DNA of 64,000 nt, taken from a plasmid. Of the stretch, positions 1 through 6,805 are shown piece by piece (positions within the stretch are counted from its first letter, which is position 1; each line of letters begins with the position of its first letter). The notes under the pieces were generated by a model. The model was not told where the DNA came from, did no database searches, and saw only the letters and a list, made by a program, of their open reading frames with translations. The position numbers and the translations under genes were made by a program. The stretch lies in sequence record NZ_CP082221.1; one strand, written 5' to 3'.

Positions 1-131
1 TAAAACTTCTAAATGAACTTTTAAACAATTATGATATTAGAAATATCGTAATTAGTGAAAAATAATCAAATATGAATGAATCGGATAGGCTGATTCTATT
101 AATATTGAGCTGATAAGCTTAAGGTGAGTTA

Positions 132-830
132 ATGAAATACTTTATAGCAAATTTATATTTTTATACCCGTAAAGAGCTTCTAGCAATTGCTGATGGAAAA
201 GATGAGCTTGTTGATTTTCTAGATAGAATAAAAGGTTCTGAGTTAGAAAGCGCGAAACTTACAAGTGCAGAACGTGCATTTTTGAATGTTTATCAATCTG
301 CTGTGTCAAATACTTTGGAGATGATGAACATTGATGTATCTACATCTAGCTGGATGATTGGCAATGGTTTTTACGTCCCTTCTATGGTTGAAGATTATAA
401 CAAAACAAATATTTCTATTTTAGAAGTAGTACTGTTTTGTAATATCACAGCATTAAAAACATTGATCAAAACTGATACTGCAATAATCGAAACAAGGTTT
501 GTTGAGTTTCTAATTAAGTACGTTGAAAAAATAGAATCGGTACATTGCTCAGATGATAAAATTTTTAAATTAGAACTAGGAAATAAGTATGAGTTTGAGT
601 TACATCAGGAAGGATACATTTTCGTAGAAAGAATTTCAGATGATGAAATTTTTAATGAACAATTTCTAGATTCAGAAATTTTGATAAGTTTGCTGTATGC
701 GAAAGAAAATGAGAATGAGATTATTCCAGTAGGTACTTTTCACAGTGTCTCAGGGGTATATGATGCACTTGATTTTAAAAGTGCTATTAAACCTCTTTTA
801 CCAGATATTGAGTTGCTGGCATCTTTCTAA
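132..830 (+). CDS. hypothetical leading-region protein (paralog of 1419-2177)
   Basis: ORF preceded by conserved hairpin-SD module (gagctgataagcttaaggtg, 7 nt, ATG); rho-independent terminator follows; shares motifs (W-M/I-x-NGF, GNK-x-EF-x-L-x-x-EGY-x-F) with 1419-2177. Confidence 0.6.
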   Translation: MKYFIANLYFYTRKELLAIADGKDELVDFLDRIKGSELESAKLTSAERAFLNVYQSAVSNTLEMMNIDVSTSSWMIGNGFYVPSMVEDYNKTNISILEVVLFCNITALKTLIKTDTAIIETRFVEFLIKYVEKIESVHCSDDKIFKLELGNKYEFELHQEGYIFVERISDDEIFNEQFLDSEILISLLYAKENENEIIPVGTFHSVSGVYDALDFKSAIKPLLPDIELLASF

Positions 831-832
831 AC

Positions 833-861
833 AAACGGGCAATAATGCCCGTTTTTTTTTT
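833..861 (+). terminator. rho-independent terminator
   Basis: aaacgggca-ataa-tgcccgttt stem followed by T10 run. Confidence 0.7.
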
Positions 862-968
862 AAATTAAATTTATATTAAAACAAAAATATGTTTTTGATG
901 TATAATAATTAAAGGAAGTTGGATAGGCTAACTTCAAAATTTGAGCTGAAAAGCTTATGGTGATTAAT

Positions 969-1352
969 ATGAAAGACAATAATCTAAAAGATTTATTCCA
1001 GTTCCTCTTAAACCATAAAAAACTCATCCAGTGTGGGATTACAGTTAGTCAGGGCAGCTACTCAATTACCGATCTTAATGAAGGTGTTTGTGTTTTGGTT
1101 GAACGAAATGTTCCATTCAAAGAATATTTATCTTTTCTAGAAATTATGGATAAATGGCCTGAGAAAAATAATGATCAAGGTTATACAGTTAGAATTGAAG
1201 GCGAGGATCCCTCAGAGATATACCTTGACTATTATGAGAATAACAAAAACATGTATGGCAATTGTTCATATGGCAAGAAACGATGGGATCTGATTTTATT
1301 TGTCTATCAAGAACTATTGGAAGCAAAGGAAGTCAGCTATTTAGAGGCTTGA
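969..1352 (+). CDS. hypothetical protein
   Basis: ORF; ATG 969 sits 6 nt after hairpin-SD module gagctgaaaagcttatggtg (track start 957 lies inside the module). Confidence 0.5.
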   Translation: MKDNNLKDLFQFLLNHKKLIQCGITVSQGSYSITDLNEGVCVLVERNVPFKEYLSFLEIMDKWPEKNNDQGYTVRIEGEDPSEIYLDYYENNKNMYGNCSYGKKRWDLILFVYQELLEAKEVSYLEA

Positions 1353-1418
1353 ATAAAGCAAAAGCAAAACCCTTTTTGAAACTTTTTAACATGAGCTGAA
1401 GAGCTTAAGGTGGCATAA

Positions 1419-2177
1419 ATGAACTTACAAGACTTAATTAGCGAAAATGAATTTTTTATCAGGAATCTTAATGTAGCTCAGTATGACAGGCTGGATGAGT
1501 TGACAAATTTAGATGAATATAAATCTGAATTTTTGGACAAAATTAGAAAACTCAATTTTGGCAGTAATGAAAACAGACTTTTGCAAATTTTAGCGCAAGA
1601 CGTTTTTGAGGAAGTTTACGAATACTGTGTATATCAAACCTTTGTAGAATGTTGCATGAATACAAAATGGATGACTGCAAATGGTTTTTTCTTTCCAGTT
1701 AATTTTGATCTAAACGAAAAATATTATGAAGATCCAGAAGCGGGATATGTGATAAATACATTCGATGTGATCATTAGTGCAAATCTCCATGCAATATACC
1801 AAGTAAGACATAATGGAAAGGTATATTTTGATGAACATCAAGAAGAGATTCTACAGTTTTGGGCTGACTACCTTATCGATATTTTACGTCGAAATAAGCG
1901 TCAGGCAGACAAGTTTATTATAGGTAATAAACTAGAATTTGATCTTCAAACTGAAGGGTATGTATTTCCGTTAGATATGGATGAAGATACATTTTATCAA
2001 ACATTTAACGAAGCAGAAATTAACTTCTATATCCTTCAGCAGAGTGGAAAAGACTACAAGATAGAGAAGTTTACTAACACGTACAATAACGGTGGAGCAG
2101 AAGAAAGTAAGATGGCTTTTGAATGTTTCTTAAAGTTCTATCCATACACAGACTTAACTTTAATAGCCAATTTTTAA
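1419..2177 (+). CDS. hypothetical leading-region protein (paralog of 132-830)
   Basis: ORF after gagctgaagagcttaaggtg module; conserved blocks shared with 132-830. Confidence 0.6.
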   Translation: MNLQDLISENEFFIRNLNVAQYDRLDELTNLDEYKSEFLDKIRKLNFGSNENRLLQILAQDVFEEVYEYCVYQTFVECCMNTKWMTANGFFFPVNFDLNEKYYEDPEAGYVINTFDVIISANLHAIYQVRHNGKVYFDEHQEEILQFWADYLIDILRRNKRQADKFIIGNKLEFDLQTEGYVFPLDMDEDTFYQTFNEAEINFYILQQSGKDYKIEKFTNTYNNGGAEESKMAFECFLKFYPYTDLTLIANF

Positions 2178-2228
2178 ACTTAAGGGGCTTCCCAACGGAG
2201 GCCCTATTTATTTAACAAAGGTGAAAGT

Positions 2229-2564
2229 ATGAAAGACCTAAATGTACATGAAAATATTGACGAAATTGGTGTCAGAGCTGCTCAATTATCTTCGTTTATA
2301 GTTGTATTAACAGGAGCAGCAATAATCTGTATAAGCGCAACTAAAACGAAAGCTGGATTAAGTGTCGTTATGAAAGATCTGTTCCCATCTAATATATATG
2401 TATTAGTTGCTTTAATGGTGATGAGCTTTATCTTATGTACTTTTTCATTATTGAAAAATAATAAAGATAAGCATGTTTCATTTATTAAAGAGTTCTTTCG
2501 GCACATTGGTATACAAAGTGGAGCAATAATTATCATATTTGGTTTACTTTCAAGAATTTTATAA
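2229..2564 (+). CDS. small membrane protein, hypothetical
   Basis: 111 aa, 3 predicted TM segments, SD aaaggtgaaag upstream. Confidence 0.45.
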   Translation: MKDLNVHENIDEIGVRAAQLSSFIVVLTGAAIICISATKTKAGLSVVMKDLFPSNIYVLVALMVMSFILCTFSLLKNNKDKHVSFIKEFFRHIGIQSGAIIIIFGLLSRIL

Positions 2565-2635
2565 AGATAAAATCTAAAAAAGGGTAACTATAACGTGATA
2601 AAAAATTTCAAATTTATAGCTGTAATTAGATCTAA

Positions 2636-2653
2636 TGGTGCGGATCCGCAACC
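2636..2653. repeat. GC-rich palindrome family member (GCGGATCCGC core)
   Basis: tggtgcggatccgcaacca; directly upstream of the SD of the toxin-like ORF. Confidence 0.8.
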
Positions 2654-2667
2654 ATGAGGATTTAGAT

Positions 2668-2799
2668 ATGAAAATTACAAACAGAAGAAGAAGTGAGATT
2701 AGAAAAAATTTATGGAAATGGTGTTCTATTTGCATAATTTTTTTAAGTTTAATCATCATTTTTTTTAGTTTGAAAGTGGATATTTTCGGAGTTATTTAA
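2668..2799 (+). CDS. 43-aa basic/hydrophobic peptide, type I toxin-like candidate
   Basis: MKITNRRRSEIRKNLWKWCSICIIFLSLIIIFFSLKVDIFGVI; SD gagga 9 nt upstream; stop overlaps next ATG (taATGg); antisense ORF 2574-2759 on opposite strand. Confidence 0.35.
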   Translation: MKITNRRRSEIRKNLWKWCSICIIFLSLIIIFFSLKVDIFGVI

Positions 2800-2867
2800 T
2801 GGATCTGATTATGATGTTTGTTGGGTTTTGTGCTTTTGTTTTATGGATTATTCATGGTGTAAAATAG
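2799..2867 (+). CDS. 22-aa hydrophobic peptide translationally coupled to 2668-2799
   Basis: MDLIMMFVGFCAFVLWIIHGVK; ATG overlaps preceding TAA. Confidence 0.25.
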   Translation: MDLIMMFVGFCAFVLWIIHGVK

Positions 2868-3062
2868 GGCGTTCCCTACGGGCCGGGCTAGTTGGCTTCG
2901 CTCGAACTCCAAGCGAAAAAGAGGATCCATCGAGTTTAAAATCTAGTTTCATGCAAAGCCTGAACCTGATTTTAATACTCGATTCAAATCCTCTTTTTTT
3001 ACGCTTGTATTTCGCCCCTTACGGGCAACATCCCTAACGCAGCATGATCGTGCTGTTTATCT

Positions 3063-3424
3063 TTAAAATTGAATCTAGGGGCAATTAGAGCGATTTAGAG
3101 GGCTATTTGTCGCAACCCTGCGGGATTGCTTTGTTATTACCGGATAAGGTCCAATGGGAGAAGTTTCACTTCTTCGGTCGTCTAGTCAAAATCACAGATT
3201 TTGACTGACTCGCTCGAAGTTTGAAACGGTAATCAAGGAGGGGGATGCTCGCAAATTTCATCAGTTCGCAACGTGGACACGTTGCTCTGCAAATGTATTT
3301 TATAATACGAAAAATTACACTAAATATATGTTTTTTCTTAATAAAAAGACATGAAAATGTAGTATAATTAAGGGGTGAAATCGGATAGGCTGGTTTCTAT
3401 ATATGAGCTGAAAAGCTTAAGGTG
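3063..3424 (+). repeat. structured ~360-bp repeat, copy 1 (candidate ssDNA promoter/ssi or structured leader)
   Basis: near-identical to 59834-60193 and partially to 62240-62442; multiple perfect hairpins (gcaaccctgcgggattgc; agtcaaaatc-acag-gattttgact; gcaacgtg-ga-cacgttgc; long-range ttaccg/cggtaa); ends in tagtataat -10-like box and hairpin-SD module. Confidence 0.7.
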
Positions 3425-3428
3425 TACT

Positions 3429-3743
3429 ATGAAAATTTATACAAAAATTGCCCTTAATTACTTCAGAAATTTAATTTCTGCATGTGGAAAAGAACATGGG
3501 ATATTTTTCTCAGAATCACCACAAAATCCAAAACATTTAGTAGCCAATGACGCTATTTATTTCATTACTCAAATTGATGACTCAATTGTATTTATTGATT
3601 GTAAATATGGTCCAGTTTCAACTTATCGGATAGATGGAATTTTAGATTTTACATCTAATTCTATAGAGGATGCCGCTCAAATTGCTACTAATAATTTTCG
3701 TCTAATCTGTGAAAATCATTACACTATCTTGAATTGTGAATAA
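3429..3743 (+). CDS. hypothetical protein
   Basis: ATG 3429 directly after module gagctgaaaagcttaaggtgtact; track start 3375 lies inside the hairpin module. Confidence 0.5.
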   Translation: MKIYTKIALNYFRNLISACGKEHGIFFSESPQNPKHLVANDAIYFITQIDDSIVFIDCKYGPVSTYRIDGILDFTSNSIEDAAQIATNNFRLICENHYTILNCE

Positions 3744-3778
3744 TAAAAATTTGAGCTGTAAAGCTTATGGAGATCAAA

Positions 3779-4276
3779 ATGAAAAAATGGTTTAGTTCTG
3801 ATGTAAACAACGTTGATGATTTAAAGAATGAATACCGAAAACTTTGCTTTAAACATCATCCAGACATGGGCGGCTCGACTGAAGATATGCAAGCCATAAA
3901 TTCAGAATATGAGCAGCTTTTAAAAGTTCTAATTAATACAAAGGCAGACAGTAACTATTCAGAGAAATCTACTTTTAAAAACCGAGATGAAGAAATTGAT
4001 GCAGAAATTCGTTTGAGAGAAGTTCTAGAAAAGTTAGAAATCTTGGAAGGGTTAGAGATTGAGAGAATAGGACTATGGTTATATGTTTCAGGCAATACAA
4101 AAGCGCATAAGGAAGCATTAAAAGAGGCTGGTTTAAAATGGGCACATGCTAGAAAACTTTGGATATATGTTGGTACAGAATGCAGAGGACGAGGAAACAA
4201 AGATATGGACGAGCTTAGAGCAAAATACGGAAATGAAAAGGTAAAAACTAGAAGCAAAATTAAGAAAATTGCTTAA
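3779..4276 (+). CDS. J-domain (DnaJ-like) protein
   Basis: YRKLCFKHHPDMGG: canonical J-domain helix II-HPD motif; module gagctgtaaagcttatggag upstream; terminator downstream. Confidence 0.6.
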   Translation: MKKWFSSDVNNVDDLKNEYRKLCFKHHPDMGGSTEDMQAINSEYEQLLKVLINTKADSNYSEKSTFKNRDEEIDAEIRLREVLEKLEILEGLEIERIGLWLYVSGNTKAHKEALKEAGLKWAHARKLWIYVGTECRGRGNKDMDELRAKYGNEKVKTRSKIKKIA

Positions 4277-4287
4277 CTATTTTCTAC

Positions 4288-4318
4288 AAAAAAAAGCCGA
4301 CATAATCGGCTTTTTTTT
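4288..4318. terminator. bidirectional rho-independent terminator
   Basis: aaaaaaaagccgacataatcggctttttttt. Confidence 0.7.
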
Positions 4319-4421
4319 ACTTAAAATGTATAATTTCAACAACATAAATGATATAATTTATTTGTGAAATCGGATAGGCTGATTTCGAATTTTTGAGCTG
4401 AAAAGCTTATGGAGTTTTAAG

Positions 4422-4706
4422 ATGTATGCAATAGTTGATTCAAATATGAATGTCATTGATGCTTCGATTTGTAAAATTAAATTAGAATATAAATTGGCTG
4501 ATAAATTGTTTTGGATAGCTCACAATTTTGGTCGTCAAGCTGAAGGAGTTAAGCAAGATGAATTTGAAATAGATGAACTAAGTGATCCAGAAGTATGCAA
4601 TGCTATTCACATGGCTTATCAAAATGCTTTTGACTATAAGAAGAATGAAATTAGTGATAGTTATAAAATCGTAAAATGGGATAGTAAACAGGCAATTTGG
4701 ATTTAA
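4422..4706 (+). CDS. hypothetical protein
   Basis: preceded by tataat box, gaaatcggataggctgatttc hairpin, gagctgaaaagcttatggag module. Confidence 0.5.
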   Translation: MYAIVDSNMNVIDASICKIKLEYKLADKLFWIAHNFGRQAEGVKQDEFEIDELSDPEVCNAIHMAYQNAFDYKKNEISDSYKIVKWDSKQAIWI

Positions 4707-4710
4707 TTTT

Positions 4711-4753
4711 GAAACAAAAAAAAAGCCGTGAATAACGGCTTTTTTTTGTTTCA
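4711..4753. terminator. bidirectional rho-independent terminator
   Basis: gaaacaaaaaaaaagccgtgaataacggctttttttttgtttc extended palindrome. Confidence 0.7.
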
Positions 4754-4851
4754 AAGTGATTGAATAAATTAAGGAAAATGTTATAATTTAATCAAGAAAT
4801 CGGATAGGCTGATTTCTATTTTTTGAGCTGAAAAGCTTATGGAGTTTACAA

Positions 4852-5184
4852 ATGATTAAATCAAATAATATGATCGACATTAAAAATCTTATCAATGAAT
4901 TTCGCAATGAAACTTTATTGGAAAAAGAGAAAGTCTTTATTGATGGTAAAGACAAAAAAAGCGTTATTACTGGTTCTAAAATTTTAACTCTAGCACTTAC
5001 TAAAGAGAATATTATTTATACTATTTATCATATAGAAGTATGCCGTGATGAGGAAGGCAAAACTGTCAAACGTTATAAAATCCATCAAAGAAAATCTTTA
5101 GGTTTTTCAATTCCACTTAGCTTTTTGGTAAAGCGTGAATTTGAAAAAGCTGCACCAGAAACTTTAATAAATGCTTTAATTTGA
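4852..5184 (+). CDS. hypothetical protein
   Basis: same promoter/hairpin/SD module upstream. Confidence 0.5.
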   Translation: MIKSNNMIDIKNLINEFRNETLLEKEKVFIDGKDKKSVITGSKILTLALTKENIIYTIYHIEVCRDEEGKTVKRYKIHQRKSLGFSIPLSFLVKREFEKAAPETLINALI

Positions 5185-5199
5185 TTAGGAGTAGATTCA

Positions 5200-5394
5200 A
5201 TGATTGCTCATCGAATTAATGATTCAACTGAAGAACTAAAACTTGAAGTTTTAAAAAGTGCAGCAGGTTTTTACATTGGAACTTTTGATTATGATTCTGA
5301 TAATTATGGTCCTGTTAGCCGTGTATCGGAATACTTCAAGACCAGTGAGGAAGCAGAATATGCATTAAAGAATAATTGCTGGACACTACGTTAA
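5200..5394 (+). CDS. hypothetical small protein
   Basis: 64 aa, SD aggag upstream, terminator 5393-5427 downstream. Confidence 0.4.
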   Translation: MIAHRINDSTEELKLEVLKSAAGFYIGTFDYDSDNYGPVSRVSEYFKTSEEAEYALKNNCWTLR

Positions 5395-5427
5395 AAAAAA
5401 GCTGGCTTTAAGCCAGCTTTTTTTTAT
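5393..5427. terminator. bidirectional rho-independent terminator
   Basis: aaaaaaaagctggctttaagccagctttttttt. Confidence 0.7.
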
Positions 5428-5753
5428 CCTAATAAAATCTTTTTAATATCGTCCATATGTTTTTTCCAAACTTTTGGAGATATTTCAAGAAGCTTATTTC
5501 TATCTAAAAGTTTAAACAAATCATCTTTTACTTTTAATTTTGCTTGTTCAACTTCTTGAGCAATTTGTTCATCAAGTAGTTCTAATTCCCTTTTCATTTG
5601 CTCTTTTCGTTGAGCTAATTTTTTGCCTTTCGGCGATAAATAATCTGCAATATTACCTGATTCATCTTTTGCTTTTGTTTCATTTGAATTTGTATTGGCT
5701 GCATCATTTTCAGCCTTAACAGATTCGTCATTTGTTTGAGCAACATTATTCAT
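5424..5753 (-). CDS. hypothetical charged coiled-coil protein adjacent to oriT
   Basis: 109 aa, K/E-rich predicted coiled coil; location between leading region and oriT. Confidence 0.4.
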   Translation of the reverse strand: MNNVAQTNDESVKAENDAANTNSNETKAKDESGNIADYLSPKGKKLAQRKEQMKRELELLDEQIAQEVEQAKLKVKDDLFKLLDRNKLLEISPKVWKKHMDDIKKILLG

Positions 5754-5759
5754 ATTTAC

Positions 5760-6250
5760 ACCATCTCAAATTTTAACTAGCAAACAAAACTTCTTTGTTT
5801 GGGGACAACTACATACTAAATATTTTCACCAATCTAGCAACAGAATTTTTTTAAAAAACTTAAGATTGATTAAATGATGCGGGACACCCCGCTCATTTTT
5901 TTTCTCACACACCACGCACCTAACGGTGCTTTTAGCTCAAGCCTTTATGGTGCAAGGTTTTGAGTGGATAAAACACTAGGTAAATATGGTTAACTTTTAT
6001 GATCTATAAACTGTTATATGTTATTAATATATAAAAAGAAATAGGTGTTAACTTTCATTTTATTTAAAGTTAACCAATAAACCCATAAAAACAATGTAAG
6101 AACATGTTTTTAAATAATATATATGGAGTAACCGACTTTATTTTATAAAAACAGAAAGTTTTTGATTTATGTTATTGAAATATATGTAAAAACTATAGTT
6201 ACACAACTATTTTGAACATAAAAATATAAATATTTCCAAAAGAACTAAAA
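5760..6250. promoter_or_regulatory. candidate oriT region
   Basis: AT-rich non-coding block immediately upstream of RHH-traD-traI; hairpin gcacc-taac-ggtgc (5916-5929) resembling R388 IR2 followed on the minus strand by GTGGTGTG; inverted repeat gttaacttt...aaagttaac at about 6045-6073. Confidence 0.5.
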
Positions 6251-6330
6251 TGAAATTTAAAAAAATGCATCAAAGTGCTACAATTTTTTCATCTTTTGTT
6301 TATCCACAGCTCTTGAGGAGTGTCAAACTC

Positions 6331-6801
6331 ATGACCCAAAAGAAAGTTTCAATTGGAGGTAAGGTTAGCCCTGAAATTAAGAAATACTATGATGATATGG
6401 CTAATAGATTAGGAATCTCTACAAGTCAGTTACTTGAAAAAATCTTAATTGAAAACCTTACATTATCTAAAGTCCAAATCTTAATTGATGACTTTGACAA
6501 CAAAGTCAATTATATGGTCGAGCTTATCAATCAGAGTTTTACGAACCAATCTCATTTTATTGATGAAAAATTTGATATCTCAAATTCTAGTTTAGCTAAG
6601 TTGATTTATGAAAACGGTTTGAATAAACAAACTGAAGAGTTCATTGCTACTTTAACTTTCTTGGAAGCTGCTAAATATAAAAATCTGCCATTAGTTAAAG
6701 ACTTTAATAAACGCGAAACCACTGGTGAAGCTCTCTTTTTACAAGCATCAAAAGAAGCTAGAGAGTCAGTTGCTAAACGTCGTAATCAATCAGAGGCTTA
6801 A
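6331..6801 (+). CDS. ribbon-helix-helix relaxosome accessory protein (TrwA/TraY-like)
   Basis: N-terminus KKVSIGGKVSPEIKKYYDDMANRLGISTSQLLEKIL fits an RHH fold; SD gaggag 10 nt before ATG 6331; position oriT-RHH-traD-traI. Confidence 0.5.
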   Translation: MTQKKVSIGGKVSPEIKKYYDDMANRLGISTSQLLEKILIENLTLSKVQILIDDFDNKVNYMVELINQSFTNQSHFIDEKFDISNSSLAKLIYENGLNKQTEEFIATLTFLEAAKYKNLPLVKDFNKRETTGEALFLQASKEARESVAKRRNQSEA

Positions 6802-6805
6802 TTGA

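Noticed and set aside
2282-2536. Antisense ORF opposite membrane gene 2229-2564
   Set aside because: Fully nested antisense with no ribosome-binding site. The sense frame has coherent TM helices.
2828-3037. ORF MCFCFMDYSW... across the GC-rich structured region
   Set aside because: It runs through a region dominated by hairpins and the repeat element. The two short coupled ORFs at 2668-2867 in another frame have proper SD and coupling. This region is judged non-coding.
3955-4257. Antisense ORF within the J-domain gene
   Set aside because: Nested opposite a frame that carries a recognisable domain. No start context.
5879-5905. gcggg-acac-cccgc hairpin plus T-run as a simple terminator
   Set aside because: No upstream + strand gene needs it, because a strong terminator already sits at 5393-5427. 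It is more likely part of the oriT architecture, so it is kept inside the oriT call.
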